64,000 nt of DNA from NCBI RefSeq assembly GCF_004010195.1, contig NC_057719.1, positions 24,467,465-24,531,464 of the forward strand, in the 5' to 3' direction. Positions 11,661-23,590 of this stretch are shown piece by piece. Every line of letters starts with the position of its first letter. Position 1 is the first letter of the stretch. The stretch is from Chiloscyllium plagiosum. Its lineage: Eukaryota. The notes under the pieces are model-generated. The model was not told where the DNA came from. It was given only the letters and a program-made list of their open reading frames with translations, and did not search any database. Both the position numbers and the translations under genes were made by a program.

Positions 11661-13686
11661 GGAGAATGGGATTTGATCATAACTGAAGGCACTTGCCTAA
11701 AAGAGAGTGTGTTGTTCCTTATTTACAAACCTGTTTGAAAATTGTAGCAGTGTACCTTGACATTGATGAGGCTCCCTTATACCCCAACATTCACCAAACG
11801 CCAGTTGCCTGTTTTCTTAGGTAATATGAAATATAATTAGTATGTTTAATTGAGGACTGATTTGGAATATTCCCTTATGGTAAGCCCAGTTCTAAAAAGG
11901 ATACTTTATCAAGGATTATGAACATTAGTTCAGAAAAACATTCAACAATAATGAAACAAATCATAACCAATAAGTATTTTGCCTTTTGCCACATCCTGAA
12001 ATAGGATAGAAATTGACGATAAAGCAGAAATCCAATTCCATCTGATATGTGTGACCTTTACTGATGATGCTGTCTTGTCTCTGTGAAATATCACAAAGGA
12101 TTTCTCAAGAAGTGTTTATTCCCTGAAGAATCTATTCAGGGAAGTGTTATGTATTTCTTACATTTTGCACAAGATACCCTGCTACAAAATACCCAGTCAA
12201 GTAAAGCCGTGTAAATTAAGGAAATGCTTTTACAAAGATGTTTAAAATGAATCTGGAAAGGCATCATTGATTTAATAAGTCATCAAAGTGATTGAACTAG
12301 TTTAGTTGATCCAGCTGACAGCCATCTGCTTGCAGTTCTTTGTGCCGCATTCTAGCAGTGAACATGACAGATTTATGATTACTCTGCTTCAAACAAGCAC
12401 AATTACACACAGATTATTATCCCTTTCCAGTTTGAAGTATTCTGAGCTGTGTTGTGGTGGGATAGCATAATGCGTTAGTTTGTGACCCATCTATTTCCAG
12501 GTGATAATTTCAAACTTGTTCGTGCAGGGTGTTCCTTAACTTCCTGCTTGGCATTGCACATATCTCCAAATTTGGGCAGGCATCTGATAATCACATTCAA
12601 ATACATATTATAATTTGAAATGTACATGGAAGAAGTGGATGTTATGGAAAAATGTGGACATTTTCTGGATTATGTTTTTATCAAGAGGAATGATGCCAAC
12701 AGTTTGAGGTTTGTTGTAAGCCACCTGTAGTTTTCAGAAAAATCATGTCACATTGGAAAAATAAGACAAACAAAGCTTTGAAAGGCCTTAAAGTTGGAGT
12801 TTATTGTCTTAGTTACTGGAAAACTTGGCATTGAAAAGACTAGGTGGTTTTTATGTTAATGGGTGGCCAACTACCCTACTGGGTATGGAGACCTGTTTTT
12901 CAGACGTGGGGTTCAGGAGAGGAGAGACTCCAGAAGATTTCTCCTGAAATCTCTCAGTTAATGTTCCTGGTTGAATGTTCAAATGTCAGTATTTCTGACT
13001 AAGTTTAAAAAAAACCTGAAAGGTTGGACTGCTATCATTTTCCAGTGACTAGAATCTAGGTTGTTTGCAATCAGACCTTAACATCTACCATCAGTCACAT
13101 GAAAGGATCATCAAGTGGATGCTGGAAATCTGAAATAAAAACAGAAAATGTTGGAGAAGCTCAGTGGTTCAGGCAGGGTCTGTGGAGAGACAAAAAACAG
13201 ATTCTAAAGAAAAATCACATCAGAACTAAACATTAACTCTGTTCCTCTCTGTATGGATGCTACCAGAATTAATGTCTAATTCTGATGTGACACTTCTTCA
13301 GAAACTGTTTCTCTCTTCACAGATGCCTCCAGACTTGCTTAGTTTCCTCAGAATTTTCTGTTTTAATGTCAATCTATCATCAGTCTATGATTGTCAGGAC
13401 TTCACCTTTGAAAACAGAAATCCAGCACATGCAGGAAATCAGCACATTCTATCTTATGGTTCCAGACCTTAAGACAACAGGAATTGTATTTTCACTTTTG
13501 CCAATTTTAAAAAGAATCACAATCTCACCAGAGAGTTGAATTTTCATGTTGTTGCGAGTGTGTCTTGTTTGGGCTTAAGGTGATACAGTTTTAATTCTGG
13601 ATCATATTTTATGTGTTAACAAGTGTTTGCCTTTTGTTTAAGAATTAGTTTTGTTTATGAAAGAAACCCGGTGAATGGATTGTAGT

Positions 13687-13902
13687 GCAGGGCAACCTCC
13701 ATATCCACAGATCCGGTTTCCGTGGTTTCAGTTATTACAACGGCCCGAACATATTGCAGGGAACATTCCAGAACTAGGGATGAGGGGCTGCTGGGAAAGT
13801 AAATGTCCCATTTAAATGAATGGGTTCACTTCAATCCACGGTTTTGGCCTTCTGCAGTAGATCTTTGAATGCATCCCCTGTGGGTATGACAGGACTACTG
13901 TA
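13687..13902. mobile_element. Tigger/pogo-like MITE
   Basis: ATATCCACAGATCCGGTTTCCGTGGTTTCAGTTAT... and end GGACTACTG-TA, typical of a TcMar-Tigger TIR at a TA target. Confidence 0.5.
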
Positions 13903-14082
13903 CAAAATGGAAGGCAATTGAATTGATACACTTCTGCTCATAGTGTGATTGATGGAGGACAGGGGCTTGATTACCAGTACATTCCTCCAATCACAAATGT
14001 AACAGCTTTTTGGAGATGTCAAATACAAGGAACAAGAAACCTTGTATGTCGTCTGCTGGTAGGATGAAGAAAACGGCACAGT

Positions 14083-14132
14083 GGGCGGCACGGTGGTACA
14101 GTGGTTAGCACTGCTGCCTCGCAGCGTCAGAG
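14083..14132 (+). mobile_element. HE1 SINE head fragment
   Basis: GGGCGGCACGGTGGTACAGTGGTTAGCACTGCTGCCTCGCAGCG only. Confidence 0.75.
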
Positions 14133-14677
14133 ACATCTAATAGAAAACAAGCTCTACAAATCCATATAATGCTTCGTTCCTGTTAGAAATCTGCTGCCAT
14201 TTTAACTCTAGGGCTAAAATATTTCAGAAAGGAATCTTCCATGTAGGCTGTGGGTTGCAAACTTAGTTCAACAGATAATGATTGACGACGTGGAGATTGG
14301 TGAAGCAGGTTATAGGTACCCTTAAGGTGTCAACCATCTTTTGTATCTAATGGAAGCCCAATTCTACAGAAATGGTAGAGTTGCAGTGAGGGTGGCCTGG
14401 GAACTACTCTCAGGATACCAGGACATTAAGTCCCTTCGTACATGCAATACCCAACATGTTTTCAGAAAGTCTGTTAGGACAACCTGCCTACACTGAAAAC
14501 TTCTCAAGTGCAACAATTTGTAGCCAGGCGCTTTCAGGCTCAAACACCCATGAATCACCAGCAATGATCATTCCACTTGTCTCACATGGGTGGTAGTGGT
14601 TGAAACATTTGGAAGAGCATCTTGCAGAGATATTAAAATAAAGACTTTTTTTGCAAAGTCTCGCACAATTAGCAGGA

Positions 14678-15005
14678 ATTAGATTAGATTCCCTACAGTG
14701 TAGAAACAGGCCCTTCAGCCCAACAAGTCCACACCGACCCTCTGAAGAGCAACCCATCCAGACCCATTCCCCTAGATTCACCCTTGACTAATGCACCAAA
14801 CACTAAGGGCAATTTAGCACGGCCAATTCACCTAACCTGCACATTTTTGGATTGTGGGAGGAAAGTGGAGCACCTAGAGGAATCCCACCCAGACACAGGG
14901 AGAATGTGCAAACTCCACGCAGACAGTTGCCTGAGGCGGGAAATTGAACTCGGGTCCCTGGCACTGTGAGGCAGCAGTGCTAACCACTGAGCCACTGTGC
15001 CGCCC
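14678..15005 (-). mobile_element. HE1-like SINE
   Basis: Full head, V-domain and tail; (TTAGA)n on the + strand at 14678. Confidence 0.9.
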
Positions 15006-15014
15006 CAAATTTAT

Positions 15015-15360
15015 AAAGCTAAGGGGTGATCTGATCCAAATCTTCAAGATATTAACAGAAAAAGATAGGATAGATAAAAGTAAACTGTTTCTACTGGTTG
15101 GGGATTCCAGTTCAAGGGACCATAGTCTTAGAATTAGGGCTAGACCATTCAGGAGAGATGTTAGGAAGTGCTTCCACACATGAGGGGTGGTAGCTGTTTG
15201 GAATTCTCTTCCAAAAATGACAGTGGATGCTGGATCAATTACTAATTTTAGATCTGAGGTAGATATGTTTATGTTAAGGAAAAGTATTTAGGGATATGGG
15301 CCAAAAGCAGGTGTTTGGAGTTAGGCCACAGATCAGCCATGATCTCACTGAACAGTGGAT
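15015..15360 (+). mobile_element. CR1 LINE 3' fragment
   Basis: LRGDLIQIFKIL...RDHSLRIRARPFRRDVRK; 3'UTR GATCAGCCATGATCTC. Confidence 0.85.
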
Positions 15361-16594
15361 ATCTGTCTTTTCTCCTGTGCTTGTTCAAAGGTTTGGACCC
15401 CTGTCTTCAATTGAATTAGTCTGTACTTAAGAGTAAAGCACTGTCATGATTTGCTACTGCTCACAGCATGATGAAAACTTCAGTGAAATCCCTAAGGCAG
15501 TTCCTGTAGTTAATTCAGACTCTGTGGGTCACATTCCTGGAGTTCACAATTTTTGTAGGTTCTATCCATGTCTGGAGAGGACTTGTTCAGCAGCTGTGAT
15601 TATTAGATGAACACTCATGTTCTTTTGTTCTACTCATGCAGTTAGTTGTAATTGGAATTCCAACTTAATTTTTCTGTATAATCTTGGCACTGTGAATAAA
15701 TCTGTACAATATTACCTCCCAGAAAACATCTATACAGGATAAAGCTCAAGTCTTTTTCTCATAATTCCTTTCCCAGGACCTCAGATTTGTGTAGAACCTG
15801 GAGACCATTGTTTCCAGTGTGCAACTGGTGGCTGATTCTAGTGCTGGAAAATAAAACCCTCCAAAGACATTAGGAATGTCTATTATTCTTTTATTCGTGG
15901 GTAGCAACAATGTGCACTAACGTACCTTGGTTCAGAAAAGTAATTAGAAAATCTAACTATGTTACAATATATCATGCATTACTAATGTTCATCACAGAAC
16001 CATTGTTAAACCCATTTCATAACATTAGGCCAATATATTTGATGTTATGTCCAAAATAATGAAAAAGGATTGCAGTTAATGTCCAAGAGAATAGTCATTG
16101 ATTTTGGTGCCAACTTCAGGGACCATATTACTTTTCAAATGTGTTATATTTCTGTTACTTTATAATTATATGCAGTGGAGCTTTGATTCCAATACAATCG
16201 TCAGATATTGCAATGATTAGAAATGTACATTGCAATGTGAGATCCATCAGTACAGTCTTGTATGTCCCTAATGTTTGGGGATAAGTTTACGTTTCAGATG
16301 TCAAATTGATGTGAATGAATTATCCAAGTAGGAACCATTTAAAATAATAGCAGATTATTTAAAAACATTTTAATGTTTTAAAAAATAATTTAAAAACAGA
16401 AAATTGTATGCTGATCAAGGGCCATCAGCCTGAAACATTAAGCCTGTTCCTCTCTCTCTCTCTTTCAACAAATGCTGGAAATATTCAGCAGGTCAAGCAG
16501 CATTTGTGGAGATTCAAGATGGCGGCGACCCAGCAAGTCTGAGTCTGTAGTGCTCTGCCTAAGACTCGGGCAAAGTGGGGCACCCGCCTTCACC

Positions 16595-16672
16595 TTACCT
16601 TTTAAATCATTTAAAATAACTTTTGCCCAACATTTACCTTTTAAATCATTTAAAATAACTTTTGCCCAACAT
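16595..16672 (+). repeat. Perfect 39-bp tandem duplication in L1 5'UTR
   Basis: TTACCTTTTAAATCATTTAAAATAACTTTTGCCCAACAT x2. Confidence 0.95.
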
Positions 16673-16720
16673 AGTTAGTCATTTTACATCAAATTTGAAC
16701 AGTTTGGTGTTGTTCTTAAA

Positions 16721-17605
16721 ATGACTAAGGGCAAAAATTCCCGCAGTTCGCAACAGGCAGGGACCCCTCCCCCATCCCCACCCCCTCCTGCAGCAGCGGA
16801 GACATCCACGGCCGCCTCGGGGGTATGTCTGGAGGCGAGCCTGATCTCCGGGATCAAAAAGCTGCAGGAGAAGATCGATGCCTTCATTGAAGAATCCAGG
16901 ACCAGGTGGGAGTTGTTCTCGGTCATGCTGCAGAAGACCGAGAAATTGAAAAACCCGAACAGCGCGTCGGAGGAGCGGAGCAAAAGGCCGTGACCTCGGA
17001 AGCTGCTGCCGAGTCGGCCATGCGCCGGGTCCGGGCTCTTGAGCAGCGAGTCCAGACCTTGGAAGAGCACATTGACGACCTCGACAATCTGGGCCGTCGG
17101 AAAAATATTCAGTTGCTGGGCATTCCCGAGCGGGAAGAGGAAGGCCAGCTTGCAGTTTATTTGGAGCAATGGCTCCCTCAAATATTAAAGTTGGAGTCCA
17201 GACCAGGCCAGGTGAAGGTGGAGTGGGCCCCACTGGGTTGCTGTACGCAGGCCTGGGTTGGATCAGCGCCCCCGCCCGGTTCTATTCCAGCTCCAATATA
17301 ATAGAGTGAAGCAGATGCTTCTGGAAGCCTCCGGAGTCCTGGGGAAGGATCCCCAGGACATGATGCACAAGGGTTCGAGGATAATGTTATTCTAGGACTT
17401 TTCTCCAGCGATGGTCCGGAAGAGGAGGGCATTCGATGAGGTGAAGAAGCATCTCAGAGACATAAATATCCAATATTCCTTGCGTTACCCAGCAACGCTG
17501 CGCTTCAGCCACGAAGGATCCATTTACAACTTTGGATCACCGGAGAAGGCTAAAGAATTCTTGGACTCTCTTAAACAGACTGTCGGACTTAAACTGTATG
17601 GATAA
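16721..17605 (+). pseudogene. L1 ORF1p (Transposase_22-like RNA-binding protein), frameshifted
   Basis: Homology is spread over ORFs 16721-16993, 16906-17301 and 17411-17605. Confidence 0.85.
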
Positions 17606-18232
17606 TGTTTTTATTTGGCCCCGCTGGTTTACCCTTTTTTTCCTTCTCCATCTCCTTTTTTTTTCATTACCTTCTTTGGGGAGTGGGGCTTATTTGTTAT
17701 TCACTATGTGATTTTTTTTTTTCACAGGCCATGCGGCTTATTTGATTTGTGTGGGAGGGGGATTTGTTTTGTCCTACATTTTTTTAGAGAGGGGTTCTCT
17801 CTTTCTGTCATCTTATTTAGTTTTCTAATAATTGCTGGGTTTGTAACTTTGTAGTTTTATATATTTATATTTTGTATTATGCTTGCTAAACGCACCTGGG
17901 TGTTGGTGTGGGGGGGGGGTCACTCACTTTTAACTTTGTTTTCATAGAACACTCAAATTTGTCTACTCCATTTTATAATGCCTGGGTCGAGGGGAGTTAG
18001 GAGAGGTTATGGTGGGGTTATTGACACATAGTTACGCCCCCTGGGAGCAAGGGGGAAAATCTCCTTTCAAATGTGTTCTGTATTGTTTTCTTTACTTAGG
18101 AATAGTTTTTAACTGTGTTGGTGTAAATGTCTTAAAGAATTTTTGCTTTTGTGAATTTTCCATGGTCTTTACTCAGGGTGTTTTGGGTGGGGTACTTCCT
18201 CCTGGGGGGGTCTCGGGCCTGCCTGGACGATC

Positions 18233-18549
18233 ATGGCTAGCCATTCGCTTAGATGGTGCACCTGGAATGTCAAGGGGAGTAATTCACCAATCAAAAGGAA
18301 GAAGATATTATCAAACCTCAAAAAAGAAAGGGTTGATATAGCTCTCTTACAGGAGACACATCTACTTGACAAAGAACACTTAAAATTACAACAGGGTGGA
18401 TTTGACCAGGCCTTTTTTCTTATCTTTTAGTCCAAAAAGTAGGGAGTAGTCATTCTCATTCGGAAGAATCTTCCTTTCAAAATCTTAAGCCAGATAAAAG
18501 ATGATTCTGGACGGTATATATTGATCAAAGCCCTAACATATGGAGAGAG
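18233..18549 (+). pseudogene. L1 ORF2 APE endonuclease N-terminus, frameshifted and truncated
   Basis: MASHSLRWCTWNVKGSNSPIKRKKIL...LLQETHL; then SKSRGVVILIRK...DSGRYILIK in another frame. Confidence 0.85.
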
Positions 18550-19930
18550 TAAGTCATCTTTGCAATATGACAAAGCACATTTTCTTCAAATGGCATCCTG
18601 CATACCAATTTCTTCCTTGTCATCCCTTTCAAACTTTCCATTTAGAGGATAGCATTACAAATTTCAAACTTGCAAAAATACCACATCGTAAGTGTTGAGA
18701 CTAATTTAATACTGGAGTGCACAAACATATTAAATGTCAAAATACTTAAGGAAGATCTATTGCCATCTCAGGAATATTGTGAAATGATCTCAGAGATCAC
18801 ACCTTGGTGCATTGTTTCATCAGGTATAAGAAACATTGAGCAAACTATAGTCATGGATAGGAAAACAACTTTACCACTACCCTACCAAACATCACAGGAC
18901 TGCAAAGAAGAAACTTGATTTAATGCTAACTTTTAAAGCTGTTTTGCCTCAACATTCCAAGGCACTTTTACAGACAGATCATAAGTTGTGAGCATTAAAC
19001 TTGTAATGAAGTGTTTTGAAATGCTGACATTAGAAGAAGTTGGACTCTAAGCAACTATTTAGATAATAGTCAGTAAACATCTATTATTTATGCCCAAGGG
19101 AATGTAGACTGGACATTAATTATATCTCACAGCTGGTTATGTGGTTTTACGAGCAGAAGTAAACTTACATTACTCTATTCCCTCCTGGATTTTCATAAAC
19201 TGCATTGAACAAAATAGTTACATCAGTGACCATAATAAAAACAAAAAGTGCTAGAGAAACTTCCAAAGAAGAATGATATTGGACAAGACATGTTAACTCT
19301 TTTTCTCTCTCTATTGATGCTGCCAAAACTGCTCAGTCTCTTCAGTACTTTTTATTTGTCGGGTCCACAGTATTTTGCTTTTACATTCATGACCGTACTC
19401 TTCCATGCTCTTTAATGTTCATCCTTTTGCGGCAACTCACTCTTCTGAACAAATCTGGTGCAGTACATGTTCCAACACCTGTACCAATCATACATTGCAA
19501 CTTCAAATGTTAATTGCCAGTTAGTATAACTCTCTATTATTTTAAGACCTAACAAAGGATAGAGAAATAATGCTTAATAAGAAAGCTAAAAACAAATTGT
19601 GCTTTTCCTAAGTCCTGCGTTAACTCTGTAAAATGGCATTGAAAACCTTACATAACAAGAATTGGCTTTAGAAACATTTATTGTATATATGCCATGTCAT
19701 CCTTCTTAGCCCAAAAGAGCACAAAGAAACTCTGTCATGTGAAGTTAATAATTGCCTCCATATGCTTAGAGAGGTTAGAAAAATTCACCATCAGAAAACA
19801 TCTAGCAAATTCCCTTTCTTGAATACTAAGAAAAAATATACCAGACAGTTCAGTTCTCTCTGTGCGGTAGTTCAAAGGCACTGGTTAACACATTTGTGTA
19901 ACTACCTGTCTCTTACATGATACTTTGATT

Positions 19931-20083
19931 AGGAGAAAGTGAGGACTGCAGATGCTGGAGATCAGAGCTGAAAAATGTATTGCTGGAAAAGCGCAGCAGG
20001 TCAGGCAGCATCAAAGGAGCAGGAGAATCGACGTTTCTCCTGCTCCTTTGATGCTGCCTTACCTGCTGCGCTTTTCCAGCATC
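19931..20083. mobile_element. Fold-back PLE-derived short element with 16-bp TSD
   Basis: TSD ACATGATACTTTGATT at 19915-19930 and 20084-20099; inverted arms 19981-20027 and 20035-20081. Confidence 0.85.
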
Positions 20084-20687
20084 ACATGATACTTTGATTG
20101 TCAAGCTTAAAGTTATCAGAATAATTACAGTGTTAAAGTAAAGAGCACAAAACTGATGAAATGATTTAAAACATATACAAAGAAAATGGAAGCTATTTCT
20201 GAAAGAAGTGGGGCTGAAGCTCTGCAGTGCTTTTCCCAATCGTCCATTCTAACTTCACTGGCAGAGCCAAAGAAAAACTCAAGACACAGATCTGAAAGCA
20301 GAAGTTATGCCAATTTCCTGGTGTCTCCGTAGCTCCTCCAACCAATGTTATAGCTCAGTATTGGAAATAAAAACCCTTGCACAAATTCATCAGCATTGAT
20401 TTTAATGCCACTGCCACTAAATCTATAATAGGAATACTGCAAGCAGTTAAACAGCAGTTACTTCGCCTGTTTTTAGATAAATTATAAATCTGCAGGAATA
20501 CAAAAAATTTTCACTATAAGGACCATTAAATTCAGAAAGCCTGGGCTAATGGGCTTTGAAATTAGGATGTCTATTAATCTGCATTACTTGCTTCCAATGC
20601 AAACAGTGTACAGAGCTGTGTTGCTTGCTCATTTGCTGATTACAGCACACACCCATCATTAAGCTTACTGTTGAATGACTGTATAAG

Positions 20688-21010
20688 GACGGCACAGTGG
20701 CTCAATGGTTTAGCATTACTGCCTCTCAGCACCCATCTGTGTGTAGTTTGTGTATGCTCCCCATGTCTGAGTGGGTTTTCTCCCGCAGTCCAAAGATGTG
20801 CAGGTGAGGTGGATTGGCCATACTAAATTGCCTAAGTTGTCCAGGATGTGCAGGCTAGGTGGACTAACCCTGGGAAATGCAGGGTTACAGGAATAGGGTA
20901 ATGGGGTGGGGTGGGGGAGGATAGATTTAGGTGGGATGCCCTTAGGAAGGTCAGTGTGGACTCAAAGGGCAAAATGCCCTGCTTCCACACTCTAGGGATT
21001 CTATGATTCT
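20688..21010 (+). mobile_element. HE1-like SINE (diverged, internal deletions)
   Basis: GGCACAGTGGCTCAATGG...CCAAAGATGTGCAGG...; tail GGGATTCTATGATTCT. Confidence 0.85.
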
Positions 21011-21131
21011 ACGTGTTACTCTGAGCAGAGACTATAAAATCATGAGAGGCTAGTATCAGTTTGACATGAAGCTTGACACCATACAGGACAAAGCAGGCCA
21101 CTTGACGGACATGACATCCACAAATATTCAC

Positions 21132-22036
21132 TCTCTCCACCACTGGCACTCATGCTGGAAGTTATTTTAATCATAACTTTCCATTGAGAAAGGGATGGGA
21201 TTGGCACAAAGTGGCAGAGGCGTTCAATGTCCTCTGATCTATCATTGGCTCAGGAAATAGAAAAAAAAAGACCTTCTATCCTTCAGAAAGATACAATGAA
21301 AGCAGTGAGATAGAATAATGGCGCCAGACAAGACTAGCTATCTAACCCCAACAATTTGTATGCAGTGCTGTAGGAAGGTCAATTACTATGTGGTCAGAGC
21401 AAGTGAATGCACGTTCAAATACTTTAAAATGCACCTGACCTCACTTAATTATTAATAATCTTCATCCACCACATTCATACTTCACTGTCATAAAGTCACC
21501 TCACTCTCACATGGCCAGCAATGCTGCAAGCCACATACTCCTATTTCAGAGCTTGCACACATCGGCAACTGTTTAACTGTAATAATCACATCAGCTAAAC
21601 TCAGGACAGCACGGTGGTTCAGTGGTTAGCCCTACTGCCTCACAGCACCAGGGTCCCAGGTTCGATTCCAGCCTCGGGTGACTGTCTGTGTGGAGTTTGC
21701 ACATTCTCCCCACGTCTGCGTGGGTTTCCTCAGGATGCTCCGGTTTCCTCCTACAGTCCAAAGATGTGCAGGTCAGGTGAATTGGCCATGGTAAATTACC
21801 CACAGTGTTAGATGCATTAGTCAGAGGGAAATGGATCTGGGTGGGTTACTCTTCAGAGGGTCGGTGTGGACTGTAGGGAATCTAATCTAATCTAAACTGT
21901 TACCGTGCATGCTTCAGAAAATAGCTTCTGGTGTGGGATTTGCATATGTTGACACACTTTGTGCCACTCCCATCCCTTTCTCAATGGAAAGTTACTATTA
22001 GAATAACTTCCAGCCTGAGTGCCAGTGGTGGAGAGA
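21132..22036. repeat. 82-bp inverted repeat pair (21132-21213 and 21955-22036)
   Basis: Ungapped reverse-complement match, 5 mismatches by manual count. Confidence 0.9.
21604..21894 (+). mobile_element. HE1-like SINE
   Basis: Head GCACGGTGGTTCAGTGGTTAGC...GGTTCGATTCC; tail (TCTAA)n. Confidence 0.9.
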
Positions 22037-23590
22037 ACGTGTGTAGCCTGCAACCAGAGGAGATAGATAGGGTAGCACATATATCAGCTGCTGAAGTGTG
22101 AGGTTAGACATGAGCTCCATATGACACAGATGGGGGTATTGATGCGATGGTATTCTGAAACAAAACTAAAGAGTATGCACTCAGACATGCTTGTTGCATT
22201 GCAGGGTCTTCCAGAAAGGCCAATGTTAAGGTATTTGGAGGAGGCTGGTACCAAACTTACACATGGGTTTTGTGAACTCGCCCATTGTTTGCTGCATATA
22301 AAACTTCATTACCTCACTTATGGACTCAAACATAAAGCAGTGTTTGATAGTGGATGTTCCTGCTTCCATTGTAACACAAGACAAAGCTACCCCTCTAACT
22401 GTTGTTGCAGAAGCTCAAACAAAAATCATGCATGCTGAGTTTAATGCTCCGACTGTTGCCATAATGGCTGTGGAAAATAGTGAACAACAAGCTTTGCATA
22501 ATCTCACATCATCTGTCCTTGAACAGATTTCTGGCATTACTGAGGAAATGCCTTGTGGGAATGCCAATGTCTCCATGGGGTACTACTTGTTGTCTCTCAG
22601 AACGAAAGCATTCATCCTCCCAGCACTTCTAATCTGCTAATGACTTGGTTGCTGGTCTGTCAGCATTGCACCAATACAGACAAGAAACTGGGACTTTAAG
22701 GGGTAGAGCTGTGCAAGGTTATCCTGCAAGGATATTTACAGTCTCTCCCAAGGAAAATCAATAGCCCACCATGAGCTATGCTGCAATCACAACAATGATA
22801 GCACTGTGCAGGAGCTATAGGACAAGCAAAGACATACATTATACATTGGGAGATATACATTAAGAGAATGCACAGGCAATCCATTGACATCTATGTGAAG
22901 TATTGGATAGTTTGTTGGAATGGTCTGAAGGTGATCTCATGTTGCTGTGACAGCACCATGCCTACTTTGTGGAGATTGAAGTTTGAGTTTATGAGGGCTC
23001 ACATTATTTGATGGAAATAATCTTTTCTGAGAATGAACTGAAAAAATATATTTTTCACTAAGATTGCCAGACGCAGGAAGTCAAGCGATAATTGTGCCAG
23101 AATTTCATGTGACTGATTCGTGATGTAGGCTGTGATAAATTATTAGCTGCATTTAGGTTGGGAAAACCTATGGACAATTAATATAGAATCTAATAAAGTA
23201 GAATTCCAAAGAAATAAAATCTATCATATCATTTCAATGTTTTTAAGGAAAGGTGGCTCTTGGATTAAAGGATTCATCTCAGTTAAAAATTAGCGTTGCA
23301 GATAATCTGAACGTTCTTGCAAATAATTTTGTTTTCTATTGTAGCTACTGGCCTAACGCAGCTTCTGAGACTGGATTTGGTTCCTAACAGCTTCAAGAAT
23401 TTTGGAAATATTCCCCTCAAAAAAATTCAATGTAATTTTAGGTAAAGTTAGGGACTCAATTTAATGAGCCAGAACTGATTGCAGGTTTGTCAATCAACAA
23501 TGACTTCAAGATTAAATCCCCTTTGTAGTGTTGCCTTAAGGAATGCAGAAAGCACACATTTAAATGTATTTTAGCTTCAATACACATTTA

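Larger units (their letters stand above)
16509..18549 (+). mobile_element. L1-clade LINE, 5'-intact and 3'-truncated (5'UTR, broken ORF1, spacer, start of ORF2 endonuclease)
   Basis: Starts GAGATTCAAGATGGCGGC; ORF1 motifs DDLDNLGRRKNIQLLGIPE, RKRRAFDEVKK, LRYPATLR; ORF2 TWNVKG...DIALLQETHL. Confidence 0.9.

Noticed and set aside
16679..17233. 184-aa and 165-aa minus-strand ORFs
   Set aside because: Antisense shadows of the GC-rich L1 ORF1
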